A stretch of 63,442 nt of DNA, counting the filler, from Octopus bimaculoides (Eukaryota), in the NCBI RefSeq assembly GCF_001194135.2. It is 6 parts of 5 records of this genome, joined end to end, with 100 filler letters (N's around TTAATTAATTAA, not from the genome) between each part and the next. Parts side by side here need not be neighbours in the genome. Positions count along the whole stretch, not along the records: positions 30,027 to 37,388 come from NC_068993.1; positions 37,489 to 51,656 come from NC_068982.1; 4 more parts are not named here. The stretch is one strand, 5' to 3'. The notes under the pieces were generated by a model that was not told the origin of the DNA, searched no databases, and was given only the letters and a program-made list of their open reading frames with translations. Shown piece after piece: positions 37,063-50,775 of this stretch (positions are counted from its first letter, which is position 1; each line of letters begins with the position of its first letter). The translations under genes and the position numbers were made by a program.

Positions 37063-37388
37063 GTTGTTGTTGTTGTTGTTGGCACTCCGTCGCTTACGAC
37101 GACGCGGGTTCCAGTTGATCCGATCAACGGAACAGCCTGCTCGTGAAATTAACGTGCAAGTGGCTGAGCACTCCACAGACACGTGTACCCTTAACGTAGT
37201 TCTCGGGGGATATTCAGCATGACACAGAGTGTGACAAGGCTGACCCTTTGAATTACAGGCACAACAGAAACAGGAAGAAAGAGTGAGAGAAAGTTGTGGT
37301 GAAAGAGTACAGCAGGGTTCGCCACCATCCCCTGCCGGAGCCTCGTGGAGCTTTAGGTGTTTTCGCTCAATAAACACTCACAACGCCC
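37063..37388 (-). mobile_element. SINE family C with (AAC)n 3' tail
   Basis: GC-balanced non-coding body (GAGAACTACGTTAAGGGTACACGTGTCTGTGGAGTGCTCAGCCACTTGCACGTTAATTTCACGAG...) ending in (AAC)n. Recognised as an abundant octopus SINE; the head is lost in the gap. Confidence 0.65.
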
Positions 37389-38310
37389 NNNNNNNNNNNN
37401 NNNNNNNNNNNNNNNNNNNNNNNNNNNNNNNNTTAATTAATTAANNNNNNNNNNNNNNNNNNNNNNNNNNNNNNNNNNNNNNNNNNNNCCCAATTTTGTA
37501 TAGAAAAAAAAACTTACAAATAACATGGGTGTATATTAAATTTATTAAAATTAACAGAAAATGAAGATATACAATATACGTATATATTGTATAAGCGTGT
37601 ATGTATTTCATTTGTGTGATGTATGTGTGGCATCATGAGAGTGAATGCCTATAAACTTGAGGAAATGACGATACGAACGAACATGTATGTACATATATAT
37701 TTATGCTCATGCATTCATATTTACATGTATACGTTACGTGTAGTATTTAAAAAAGAAAACTTACCATAATATCCTAAAATTTGATACATTTTTATATATC
37801 TTACCATTATCATTTTGTTATTATTTCCATCTGAAGTCATGGTTCTCTAAACTTGACTCACATTTTGTAGAATTTAAATTAAAATAAAATAATCAAACCT
37901 TATTAATTTAATTATATTATCAAATTATAGTATAAAAAAAGGAGGAAAAAGCTGAAACATGCTGGGTTAGAGAGAGAAAAATATCTATTTAGCCATGCAA
38001 TATGGCCGACTTGCAATTAATTTGAAATTTTTACTTAAATATCCGGAATTGTGTATAAGACATTTTTATTGTTTTTCATTGTGTATATGTATGTGTATAT
38101 GTGAATATTGTACATTAAATGAGAAGAGTGTGTATATGGCAGCGTAGATTGTACACATATATACATGTGTATACTATAGGATTCTGTATATTACATATAT
38201 TAGCTTAAACTGTGTGTATAACGCAACATACGATATATAGAATGTCCTCTCACATCTAATTATTCTCTTTTCTTTTCTAATTTGTCTTTTACATCATGTT
38301 CTTCATATTT

Positions 38311-38347
<37 letters not shown>

Positions 38348-38666
38348 GCTGCTGCTGCAACTACTACTATTTCATATTGTCTTTCTTTCTTTCTATTGTG
38401 TTATTTCTGTGTACGTATACTTGTGAAGAGAAAGATATATTTATAAGTATATGTGTATATAAATATTACACATTTGTGTGTATATATAATTATATGTGCA
38501 TATACATAATATGCATGCGTATGTGTGTTTCTGTGTGTATATATAAACACACTTACACACACATGCATGTATATATGAGTGTGTGTGTATGCGTGAGTGT
38601 ACTATATTTGAGATTGTAATAAACATATGTGTGAGAGTGTTCAAATATAATCATATACATACATAA

Positions 38667-38710
<44 letters not shown>

Positions 38711-40042
38711 NNNNNNNNNNNNNNNNNNNNNNNNNNNNNNNNNNNNNNNNNNNNNNNNNNNNNNNNNNNNNNNNNNNNNNNNNNNNNNNNNNNNNNNNNN
38801 NNNNNNNNNNNNNNNNNNNNNNNNNNNNNNNNNNNNNNNNNNNNNNNNNNNNNNNNNNNNNNNNNNNNNNNNNNNNNNNNNNNNNNNNNNNNNNNNNNNN
38901 NNNNNNNNNNNNNNNNNNNNNNNNNNNNNNNNNNNNNNNNNNNNNNNNNNNNNNNNNNNNNNNNNNNNNNNNNNNNNNNNNNNNNNNNNNNNNNNNNNNN
39001 NNNNNNNNNNNNNNNNNNNNNNNNNNNNNNNNNNNNNNNNNNNNNNNNNNNNNNNNNNNNNNNNNNNNNNNNNNNNNNNNNNNNNNNNNNNNNNNNNNNN
39101 NNNNNNNNNNNNNNNNNNNNNNNNNNNNNNNNNNNNNNNNNNNNNNNNNNNNNNNNNNNNNNNNNNNNNNNNNNNNNNNNNNNNNNNNNNNNNNNNNNNN
39201 NNNNNNNNNNNNNNNNNNNNNNNNNNNNNNNNNNNNNNNNNNNNNNNNNNNNNNNATATATTATTTAGAGTCCTTTCGTTTCAACTTGGTAACTTCATCA
39301 AATCAGTATGTCTTAATGTTTTATAATGTTTTCATATTTATCGTATTATATTTTTACTTTGTCTTTTTTAGCATTGTTGCATTTTTCAAAAATTTTTTTT
39401 TTTTTTTTTGTGGCTTTCTTTGTGTGTGGACATCTGTACGTACGCACGTATGTATGTCTCGACGTATGTACGTATGTACGCACGTATGTATGTATTTACC
39501 TATATACGGCGTGTATGTGTGTGTGTCTGTGTGAGAAAATGTTTTTGGTCTTAAACCATATTAAATCAACATACGTTCCTTTTGTTTACATGGCTTGCTG
39601 CCAACTGTTTCATTATATTTAACACTGGCTCCCTTTATTTCCTTGTCCACATCATTTTATCTTTCAAATTTGCTGTCAGGCATTTCCTGTCCTCTGTCTC
39701 TACTCAGCAAACCATAACATCTAAAACATCACTCAATATTTTCAACCAACCAATCAATACGGACTTCTTTTTTCCTTTTTTTTTTTCCGTTTTTAATGGA
39801 ATTTATAGTATTCGAGACAAATTTACAGGACCCATTTAATTGGTAGCCAACCGCCAATCAGTTGGCAATAATTTCTGAAATACTAAATTCATGTTGTTGT
39901 TTTTGTTCGTTTTTTCTTGTAGTTATTCCCAAAATACTTCTGATGGTACCACTTTATTTGTATTACCATTTCTTTAATGAAAATCACGAGCTCCACAACT
40001 CCTTGCTTAAAATTTCATTATTCAATATCAATTAGTTACTAA

Positions 40043-40742
40043 AAGCAGCGAGCTGGCAGAACTGTTATGACACTGAGAAAAGAGCTTAACGGCCTTTCGG
40101 CCGTCTTTAATTTCTGAGTTCAAATTCCGCCCGAGGTCGACTTTGCCTTTTTATCATTTCGGGGTCGATAAAATAAGTACCAGATCAGCACTGGGGTCAA
40201 TGTCATCGACTTACCCCATTCTCTGAACTTGCTGCTCCCGTGTGTTAAAATTTGAAGCCAAAATTAATTAGCTATGAGGAGGCGAGCTGGCAGAATCGGT
40301 AGCACGCTGGACAAAATGTTTAGCGGCATTTTGTCTGTCTCTAGGTTCTGAGTTCAAATTCCGTTTGCGGTCGATGTTGCCTTTTATTCTTTCGGGGTCG
40401 ATAAATTAAGTACCAGTTGCGTACTTGTGTCGATCTAATCGACTGGACCCCTCCTCCAAAATTTCAGGCCTTGTGCCTTGAGTAGAAAAGATTTCTATTT
40501 CGTCTGTCTTTACTGTCTGTGTTCAATTCCCGCCGAGGTCGACTTTGCTTTTCATTCTTTCGGGGGTCCATAACTTAAGTACCAGTCGCGTACTGGAGTC
40601 GATCTAATCGACTGGCTCCCTCCCCCAAAATTTCGGGCCTTGTGCCTAGAGTAGAAAAGAATATCAACTAGTCACGGAAGGCGGCGAGATGGCAGAATCG
40701 GTAGCATGCCGGTCGAAATGCTTAGCGACATTTCGTCTCTTT
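40043..40742 (+). mobile_element. Head-to-tail cluster of SINE family A copies
   Basis: Copies at 40043-40260 and 40278-40490, a 5'-truncated copy at 40495-40660, and a copy from 40678 into the gap, with a probable tail at 41099-41130. Heads GGCGAGCTGGCAGAA, B-box GAGTTCAAATTCC. Confidence 0.9.
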
Positions 40743-41199
40743 NNNNNNNNNNNNNNNNNNNNNNNNNNNNNNNNNNNNNNNNNNNNNNNNNNNNNNNNNN
40801 NNNNNNNNNNNNNNNNNNNNNNNNNNNNNNNNNNNNNNNNNNNNNNNNNNNNNNNNNNNNNNNNNNNNNNNNNNNNNNNNNNNNNNNNNNNNNNNNNNNN
40901 NNNNNNNNNNNNNNNNNNNNNNNNNNNNNNNNNNNNNNNNNNNNNNNNNNNNNNNNNNNNNNNNNNNNNNNNNNNNNNNNNNNNNNNNNNNNNNNNNNNN
41001 NNNNNNNNNNNNNNNNNNNNNNNNNNNNNNNNNNNNNNNNNNNNNNNNNNNNNNNNNNNNNNNNNNNNNNNNNNNNNNNNNNNNNNNNNNNNNNNNNNGA
41101 ATTCCTGGCCTTGTGCCGAAATCTGAAATCAATATTAATTGTATTGCACTTTGTTTATCAGTGTGTAACAAAAACCTAGTAGGCAGCAGTGTATTCTTT

Positions 41200-41413
41200 T
41201 CTAGTCTAGGCACAAGGCTCTGAAAATTTTGAGGAGGTGGGAGCCAGTCGAATAGATCGACCCCAGTACGTAACTGGTACTTAGTTTATCAACCCCGAAA
41301 GAATGTAAGGCAAAGTCGACCTCGGCGGAATTTGAACTCAGAACGTAAAGACAGACGAAAAACTGCTAAGCATTTCGCCCGGCGTGCTAATGCTTCTGCC
41401 AGCTCGCCGCCTT
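41200..41413 (-). mobile_element. SINE family A, full length
   Basis: Reverse complement of AAGGCGGCGAGCTGGCAGAA..GAGTTCAAATTCCGCCGAGGTCGAC..CCTTGTGCCTAGA. Confidence 0.92.
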
Positions 41414-41609
41414 AAAGCAGCAGAATATTGAAAGCGTCGGTCACGATGCCTTACGGTATTCATTCTGGTTCTGTACGTACTGCGTTCAAATCCAGCCAAG
41501 GATAAAATAAAGCACCAACCAAGAAAGGTCGATTTAATCGATCAACTCCACCCCCAACAACTTTTGTTCACGTGTCTATTATTAGAAACATTTGTTGTTT
41601 TATGTTTAT

Positions 41610-41940
41610 AATTTATCTTTTACTTGTTTCACTCATTAGAATGCGCCCATGCTTGGACATTACCTTTTTGAGCGAATCGACTCCAGCATTTTTTTAAAAT
41701 CCTAGTACTTATTCTATCTGCCTCTTATGCCCAACCACTAACACATGGGGGTCAACCACAGATGCAAAGACTCACATATATAGATAAATATACGACGGAC
41801 TTCTTTCAGTTTCCACCTACCAAATTTACTCACAAGGCTTTAGTCGGTCCGAAGCTAGAGTAAGAGACACTTACTCGAAACGCCACACAGTGAGGCTTAA
41901 CCCGGAACCATGTGGTTGAGAAGCACACTTCTTACCACCC
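41610..41940 (-). mobile_element. SINE family B, diverged
   Basis: CTTCTTTCAGTTTCC.CCTACCAAAT..ACTCACAAGGCTTT..CCCGGAACCATGTGGTTG. Confidence 0.8.
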
Positions 41941-43949
41941 AATTTCAGTAAGTAAAATACGGAGATGAAGGCCTTGCTACACTAACATTTAGCGAAAATG
42001 TGTGACGTAAAATTTGAATTTAATTCCTTGATAGGGCAGTTCTCTTTGTCTTTGTATGAAACCCTCCATTTCATTTTGCGCCGTCAAGTACTAGAGGCGA
42101 TGGTATCTATTTGCCCCTCCCCTCAGAGCTGTTGGCCTTCTACTGAAATTAGTAACAATTATTAGGGTTGTATAAAGGCAAAATCGGTAGAGCATCGGAG
42201 AAAATTCTAGGCCATATTTCTTCCATATCTCTCTGTCTCTCAGTAAGTTGACCACCGACCGAAGTCACTGTTACTTTTCATCCTTCCAGGATCAATAAAT
42301 TTAAGTATTTATCAAATACTGGGTTTCATAAAAAATGGCCAATTCCCACTTCACAAAAATATGCTGGCATTGTGCCTAAATCGGAAACACTTATTAAGAA
42401 TATCTAAATCATCATCTGTCTAATGCGTTCTCTATCTTTCTTAAAAACAGCAGGGTATCATGTGAAGGTGAATTAGTTATTATATTTAGCAAAGTGAACA
42501 ACCACATAGCTACCAGTCTCTTGAGTTAATACAATAAATATCAGTCAATTATTTGTGTCTATTCAATCAATTTATTTACAGATGTATACAAATGTGTGAC
42601 TTGTTCCACTCTGAGATATTGTTATTTAAAATCATAATCACTGGGCCGTCAAAAAGCTTGCTTCAAATTATATTATTCGGGTTTTCCTTTTTTTTTTTTT
42701 TCTTACATTTTAAAATATATCTCATTTTCAGATTGAAATTAGATGAATTTTGTTTAGAATTATTTCTAATTTTACAATATGAATTTCTCTTGCTTGCTTT
42801 ATATTTTGTTTTAATAATTATTTTCGTTCCTCTTTCCTCTTTCTTCCGATTTCAGATTGTTCAATCAACGCCTTTTCTATAATGCTCTGACAGTAATATT
42901 ATGGTTCTTTGTTCTGCAGAAAAGCAGGGCTAACAACCATATTTTATACATGCACTCTCACACAAACACATACATGCACACACGCATACATACACACACG
43001 CATACGTTAATGCATACATATATACATGTACCTGCAAATGCGGACATATATATATATATATACATAAATACACACACACACATAAATATACACATAGGCA
43101 GACAGGCAGTTAGACAGACAGATATATGTATATAGATAGATAGATAGATACATACATACATACATACATACATAGGCAGAAAGATAGATAGATAGATAGA
43201 TACATACATACATACATGCATACATACATAGGCAGATAGATAGATAGATAGATAGATAGATATGTAAAATGTACAATTGGCAGAGTCATTAGAGTTTAGG
43301 ATACATTCTTTTTTGCTCTGAGGTAAAAAAAAAAACTGGAGAGTTCAATTCTACATTACGTACAAATAAGAGGCCGATAACTAAAATACCAGTCTTGTAC
43401 TGAAAGAATTCTTTCTTTACCCACTTTCTCTCTCTGGAGAGAGAGAGAGAGACTAATACATGCATGCGCGTGTGTGTATGTCTGTGCGCGTTTCTATCTG
43501 TGTGTTTGTGTGTATATGTGTGTATGTGTAAATATGTATACGGGTGTATGTACGTATATATGAGTGGATATATTGATGTGTGCATACATATGTATGTGTG
43601 CATGTTCATTTTTTTTCATATTCATACATGCATATGTCTTCGTGTGTATGTGTGTGAGAGAGAGAATGAGTGGGTGTGTGTGCGTGCATGTGTGTATGTT
43701 TATATTTATTGTGTCTCAGTGAGGTAGCAGTTTGTCCGTTTCCTTCTTTAACTGGACACTGGCCACAAACTCTTTGCTCCAACTTATAACCGGAGCCCTA
43801 AAAGACTCGCTACTATCGGTTTTGTAACTGTTATTATTGTTATTGATAAATTTATTTTTTTCTGTTCGCCCCTACTTGGATTGAAGAATGGTATGGCTTC
43901 GTACACGTACAGTTTATTGTATATTTCTGCCACTTGAACGGGCATTCTA

Positions 43950-44160
43950 CAGGGTGTTCACAAAGTCTGGGTACATGGGATTAACACATACTTTACGAAA
44001 TTATTATTTCTTATCTTTAATTGTTTATATTATGATTTTATTTACTCCATGTACCCACACGGGGATTAACACATACTTTAAGAAATTTTTATTTCTTATA
44101 TTTAATTGTTTATGTTATGATTTTATTTATTCCATGTACCCAGACTTTGTGGGCACCCTG
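43950..44160. mobile_element. Mariner-type MITE, TA-flanked
   Basis: TIRs CAGGGTGTTCACAAAGTCTGGGTACATGG / CCATGTACCCAGACTTTGTGGGCACCCTG; TA at 43948 and 44161; internal ~84-bp tandem duplication. Confidence 0.9.
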
Positions 44161-44371
44161 TATATTTCTGCCACGGGAACAGCATGCGAGGTTGTTGACA
44201 ACTTTTGAAATATATGTATATTGAACCTTCTATAGATATCATTGAATTTATATCGGAACACCTACTATAAAATATTTCTACAATTTAAATGTAATTTCGG
44301 CGGCAATTTATTGAAATTGGTGTATATTATATAGAATCGAATACCATGCCCGTTTTCTGTATGTTATTATA

Positions 44372-44756
44372 CAGTAGAACCTCGCAGTACGAGTGCCCCA
44401 TTGTATGAGTAATTTGCTGTACAAGCCGAGACGCGTGCGAATTTTTATCTTGAAGTACGAGCGGAAATCTGCAGTACGAGCACACAAATCGTCCGATATT
44501 TAAGGTAACTCAGTTAATAAAACCAGTTTATATAATTCTTTTGCATTCTGTTTTTTATAATTGTCATTTTACTTGTAACTACACCTTTTCTGTTTTAAAA
44601 CTCATGAAAAATTATTTTGGGGTCATTTTCTGGTGCTAAAACGAATTAATTATATTTTAGTTAATTTCAATGGGGAAAATTGAATTGTAAAACGAGTATA
44701 TCGTAACACGAGCTCGGTCATGGAACGAATTAAACTCGTACTGCGAGGTATCACTG
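44372..44756. mobile_element. Tigger/pogo-type MITE, TA-flanked
   Basis: TIRs CAGTAGAACCTCGCAGTACGAG / CTCGTACTGCGAGGTATCACTG; TA at 44370 and 44757. Confidence 0.9.
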
Positions 44757-45618
44757 TATATTAGCATCGGTTCAACTAACTTTAAACTATGGAAATAATG
44801 TGAGTTGTATTGTTTTTAATACAGAATACAGTTTTCAAAGATGTAAAGCTTTCACTTTTCTGAATTTCACATTTCGCTCCCGCTTTCTAGATTTCATCTT
44901 AAGCACATTAAACAGGAAGTTTATTTTCTTTTCTTTCGGGTGATTAAGTGTTTACATCGAGTAAGAAACAGAACGAGATTATAAAGGAATGATAAAGAAC
45001 AAGTAAGAAAGACAGAGTGGAGGAATGAAATACAAAGTGTAAGAGTGGGATAATACAACAATATCAACCAATGAAAAAAGCGATGACGTCCTAACGTCAT
45101 GGAACCTATCCTGCGTAGCTTACAAACTCCGGAACAGAAATTTTTAAACCACTAAATTTACAGACGAGTGACTGCAGCAAGGCCACCTGAAATTCCAGAT
45201 GAAAGATCACAAAGGAATAGAATAACAGCACAAAAACCTATACAAGGCAAACTGAATCTGCTGACAAAGTTATACACAGGCAAGAAACTGCAAAAATGAT
45301 TTGATTCTGTAAGGATACAAACGAATAAACTGCAGTGACAGTTTTAAAAAAGACAAGGAAACAATAGGGAGCACTGTGTCAAAATAATAATAATAATAAT
45401 AATAATAATGATAAAAATACACGGATCACATTGAAGAAGTGAATGCAGCATGTTCAAAATATAGTACCAAAATGTGAATTAACGAAATTCTTACTAACTT
45501 CAGAAAAGAAAAAAAAAATATTGCTACTGTTGCGGTACTGAGCGATCGTACTTCCATCTATTTTTGGTGTGTGTAAGTGGAATACCTGTGCCAATGTGGA
45601 GTCCTAAAATAAAGCGTT

Positions 45619-45995
45619 AGCGCTGGCTGTGTGGTAAGAAGCTTGCTTTTCAAACCCCATGGTTCTGAGTTCAGTCCCACTGCGTGGCATCTTGGATAAG
45701 TGTCTTCTTGGGCCGACCAAAGCCTTATGAGTGGATTTAGTAGACGGAAGCTGAAAAAAGCCCATCGTATATATATATATATATGTCTGTGTGTGTGTGT
45801 ATGCGTCTGTTTTTGTCCATTCAGCATCTCTTGCCAACCGATACTGGTAACTTAGCGGTCTAGCAAAAGAGACCGATAGAGTAAGTACTAAGCTTACAAA
45901 GAATAAATCCTGAGGTATATTTATTCGACTAAAGGCAGTACTCCAGTATGGCCGCTGTCAAATGACTGAAACAAAACAAGTAAAAGAATTAAAGG
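45619..45995 (+). mobile_element. SINE family B
   Basis: Collinear with 25425-25850 and 47676-48060. Confidence 0.9.
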
Positions 45996-46429
45996 ATACG
46001 CTCCTGTGTCTAACAAACATTTTTAATGTCACTCTGAGCAACTGATCCTATGATAAACCCTAAAGTTAATAGCAACTATGTTTCCAGACTGAGTCGACTA
46101 ATCGGTTACTCTCGACTTTCGTTAAAACTACTATCAGGAGTCGATCACTCACTACTACTCGCTGATTGAGATTGAAAGTAATGATATATGAACTGTATGA
46201 ATGATCAGCTGACAGTGCTTGATAATATATTGGTTTCTCGACAATTACTGCATCTTCCAGAATATAAGGTGTAATTTTTTTCAAGAAAAATTCCCCCTCA
46301 TTTCACCCCCAGAGTCATCTTGAGCCTTATATTCTGGTTGTCACCATCATCATCACTCTTCTCTTACTAGTCAATCAATAGACCTTCCAGTTTAGCAATA
46401 TACAGAAAACTGGAGGTAGGTTAGACAAA

Positions 46430-46915
46430 ATGACGTTCTCAGGAGTGGACGAAGACAGCATATCTCATCTGTTTCGGAGGGCTTTCGGAACGGAGACTAC
46501 ATTGGCTAATTTCCAGAACGGTTTGGCCTTACAGTGCTACCGAGTGAAATTACCGGTTCGAGACAAAATCTTCAGGCACAAAAGTATCGGAGCATGGACC
46601 TAACCAAGCTGCACCCAGAGCGACGAAACGATGTTCAGACACTCATGCAGAGTTCAAACACTGCTGGTATATTGAATCGCTGTTATTGCGTGTAAAACGA
46701 ACTCGGCAATCCTTCGTCAAGATTGTTCCACTGCTTGTAACAAGGTGGGACAAGCAGTGTTCTTCTGTTAGGTGGTGATGGTGAAAGAGGTTAGGTGTTA
46801 GACGAGGTTTAAAAGCTAGAAGATACACAGGTTTCTCTTCGGCGAAGCCCTCATAAACTTTTTCAATTCCATTTAGGGGGAAAAAAGGTGAGAGAAAAGA
46901 GGAAATAGCTGTCCC
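46430..46915 (+). mobile_element. Old Tx1-type LINE ORF2 3' fragment
   Basis: SHLFRRAFG..LANFQNGLALQCYRVKLPVRDKIFRHK resembles copy 2 (TGLFQRNFG..MDNFQKSLAWQCY); 3' nucleotide similarity around GAAGCCCTCA..GGAAAAAAGG. Confidence 0.65.
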
Positions 46916-47675
46916 GATATATATATATATANNNNNNNNNNNNNNNNNNNNNNNNNNNNNNNNNNNNNNNNNNNNNNNNNNNNNNNNNNNNNNNNNNNNN
47001 NNNNNNNNNNNNNNNNNNNNNNNNNNNNNNNNNNNNNNNNNNNNNNNNNNNNNNNNNNNNNNNNNNNNNNNNNNNNNNNNNNNNNNNNNNNNNNNNNNNN
47101 NNNNNNNNNNNNNNNNNNNNNNNNNNNAGTGATGATGATGGTGACGACCAGAATATAAGGCTCAAGATGACTCTGACGATTAGCTATATTTTTGAATAGA
47201 ATTTATTTTCGATAATTTCAATTGATTTTAATCGATTTAAATTTCTTTTCTATTTGAAAATTAGTAATGAAACACGTGTAATCATTTTATTATATTTATC
47301 TTATGATATTTACTTTACTTTATATAATACTCATTTATTGTGCTTTTAATTATTAATTTTTCTATATGTGATAGTGGATTTTCATAGATGAGTTCTTGAA
47401 ACTTGGTTATTTTCCCTAAAACTAAATACTATTTAGTCCCGTTCCAAATTTGTACGGTTTGAAGCATAGGTAAAAATCTACCAGATGTAACTCACTGTGC
47501 GCTTCAAACTGGTTATGAGTGCTTACATCACCACTCTTCCATCACCATGGGACGTTCGGTGCATATTTATGCATTTAGTTTGATAATTAGCTAGTTGGAG
47601 AGTTACATATATATAGATACATATATTTTGTTTAACCAAGAAACATTTTAAACAATCTGAAAAATCTTGGACAAA

Positions 47676-48060
47676 GCAGGAGTGGTTGTGTGGTAAGTAG
47701 CTTGCTTACCAACCACATGGTTCTGGATTCAATCCCACTGCGTGGCACCTTGGGCAAATGTCGTCTACTATAGTCTCGGACCGACCAAAGCCTTGTGAGT
47801 GGATTTGGTAGACGGAAACTGAAAGAAGCCTGTCGTATATATGTATATATGTATGTGTGTGTATATGTTTGTGTGTCTGTGTTTGTCCCCCACCCCACCC
47901 TACCTCATCGCTTGACAACCGATGCTGGTGTGTTTACGTCTCCGTAACCTAGCGGTTCGGCAAAAGAGACCGATAGAGTAGACTTACAAAGAATAAGTCC
48001 TGGAGTCGATTTGCTCGACTAAAGGCGGTGCTCCAAATGACTGAACCAAGTAAAAGAGTA
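47676..48060 (+). mobile_element. SINE family B, near full length
   Basis: GGAGTGGTTGTGTGGTAAGTAGCTTGC..GATTTGCTCGACTAAAGGCGGTGCTCCA..AAGTAAAAGAG. Confidence 0.93.
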
Positions 48061-49157
48061 AATAGTGTATTTACATGTATATGGCGGCACGTGGCTTAGT
48101 GGTTAGGTTATTCACCTCAGGATTATAAGGTCATGAGTTCCCAAGAAAATTTGTGTACAGACGGGAGACTGTGGCAAAAATGGCCAGGGTGAACAAAATT
48201 ACTCTATGCATGACCATAATCCAAAGACTGAAACCGGTAAAAAAAAGAGGGTCCGTACCAGGAGACGCTGGTGATATTTGTTATATTTGACCATGGGCTT
48301 GCACTTAAAAAAAAATTCCTCCTTAAAAAGCATGTATGGGTAATAAGTTATTTTATTTTAATTTTATGATAAGCTAGTAGTTTCTTATTCATGTACGTCC
48401 CTCTTCTTCACGCTACCGATGCCGGCGAAAGGAAGTCCAATGAGCGATAAACCTTAACATCAGTGACGTTGCTGGTGCTACCCTCGGAAAGTAAAGAGCC
48501 GTAAAAATACCGCAAGGTATTCTGTCCAACGCTCTAAACACTCCACCGACTTCTTGCTTTACACATACAGCCACACATTGCACATGCATATACACACAAG
48601 CATATGCGTACGTTTGTCTATGAGTGCATATTGTAAATAAATACAGATACATACACACATTTTTATTCGTGCATGTATGTGTGTGTGTGTGTGTGTGCAT
48701 GTATTTATATTCAGACATCCGATATTAAAAATTATACCTGACTAAATGCTGATTTGAGACTGAAAAAGAGAAACCAAGGATAAACCCAGTGAAAAGGACA
48801 TAAAACTTCGTGTCTGTCGTTTACCGAAAGACTGCACTAGCGATTATTTCACGCTGAGTGCATTTCCTCTTCTTTCTGAATATAAGTATAGAAATACTTA
48901 CCATCTTTTCTGACTTAGCATTATAATCTCCCCGGGCATCTCGCCTGATTCACAAATAATTGGTCAGCCACTTAGCACAGCAGGACTAGCTACTTTTACT
49001 AATGTCCAACACTGGAAAGTATTACATAGACATTTGTTATTTCCGACGAGATTTAAAGGCAAGAATTTAAACAAATTTTCAAGCAACAGCTAAGATTTTA
49101 GATATAAATAATATTATAGAAATAATATTAGTCATCTCAGTATAATAAATCTTTCAA

Positions 49158-49367
49158 CTATAAGCACAAGGCCTGAGATTTTGAAAGAGCGAGGGCCAGT
49201 CGATTAAATTGACCCCAGTGTTTCAATGGTACTTAATTTATCGACCCCGAAAGGATGAAAGGCAAAGTCGAGACCTCGGTGGAATTTGAACTCAGAACGT
49301 AGCGGCAGACGAAATACCGGTAAGCATTTCGTCCGGAGTGCTAACGATTCTACCAGCTCGCCGCCTT
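49158..49367 (-). mobile_element. SINE family A, full length
   Basis: Collinear with 41200-41413. Confidence 0.92.
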
Positions 49368-50350
49368 TCATTCCAGTATAGTAATATTGTCCGGTTTGTT
49401 ACTGTATTGACAATCGTTAGAGCGCCAAAAAAGAAAAAAAGAAAAAAAAAACATGCTTTGTTGTTTTTGTTCCAAGATTTTACTAAGTTGAAGTTGCCCC
49501 GCGGTCAGCAAAGCTTTTCTTCCTTTCGTTAAAATAAAGTATGAATCAAGTATTGGAGACGATGGTATCCTCTCACACCCACACTTCGAAATTACTAGCG
49601 TTGACCTTAGGTTAGGAGTAGTTGTTACTGTATTATTAAGGCGGTAGATTAACAGAGTTATGTCAACGTTATTTCAAGAATTCATTGCGTTATTTGCTTC
49701 TTTTCTTTGAACTCTGAGCTCAAACCGCAACGAGGATTGGTTTGTCTTTAATCAATTTCAAAAAGTACCACTGAAGTATTTGAGTCGTGATTTCTCTTTT
49801 TGCCGTCCATATTTTCAAAAAAACTGCAGAAGGGACTAGGAACCTCATCTGAAAGAATTAATGTGATACTGGAACTATTCAAGAGTGGATAGCTATAGCA
49901 CGGAACCGAAATGAATTCGTAATTTCTATGTGTTATGAAACGATAATTAACATTGTCCAACATACAATTCCAGGCAAAAGGCAGAGCTTTGCCATCGTTC
50001 GATTGAGAGTTTCTTATTGACTCAAGAATTATCAAATTTTGAAGGTGTCTTGTTGGCAGAGTCATTATAATCTTGGATTAAATAATTTGCGGCATGTCTT
50101 CCTGATTTCAACTCCTTCCGATGTCAAATTTGATTTTTATCCTTTCAGGGTCAATAAATAAACTAATAATCTTGTGCTGGGTCTGTTCTCCTTCTTTCTA
50201 GAAATATGAAATTGGTCAGATCGAAAAAAAAATGCCCAACATATGCCGTATAATATGACACCACCTCAAAGTAGTTGAGTACCAAAGTATGCAAGAATTA
50301 TCTTTGCTATTGTCTGTTTATGCACAGATCCACCTTGATCAAGAAGTATA

Positions 50351-50775
50351 CCGTAAATCCTCGAATATAGTCCGCCCTTGAGTATAATACGCAGGGGATT
50401 TTTAGGGGTTTGTATCTCTGAAAAACCTAAACCTTGTGTATAATACGCACCCCTTCTCTAACTTGAGTCAAGGAGGTCTATATAACGTCCTTGGTTTGTA
50501 AACGTATATACGGTAACGACCTTTATTATTATTGTATATATTACATAATGCAAACGTGCAGCTTTTTTGTGCACTTTGTTTGCAGAAAATAAAGAAATAA
50601 CAGTAATAACGTCAGTGAAAAATAAATATTAAGTAAATTGCCTTTATATATTTATCACTTAGAACATTTTCCTTAGAAAATATTTTTCATTTTTAACCTC
50701 GTATATAGTACGCAATAGAAATTTTGACCCTTAAATTTTGGGGAAAAAGTGCGGATTATACTCGAAGATTTACGG
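50351..50775. mobile_element. Tc1/mariner-superfamily (Tc2/pogo-like CCGTA ends) MITE, TA-flanked
   Basis: TIRs CCGTAAATCCTCGAATATAGTCCGC / GCGGATTATACTCGAAGATTTACGG; TA at 50349 and 50776. Confidence 0.9.

Noticed and set aside
37755-37855. Two GGTAAG donor motifs on the minus strand suggesting micro-exons
   Set aside because: The implied intron is only ~31 nt and there is no supporting reading frame.
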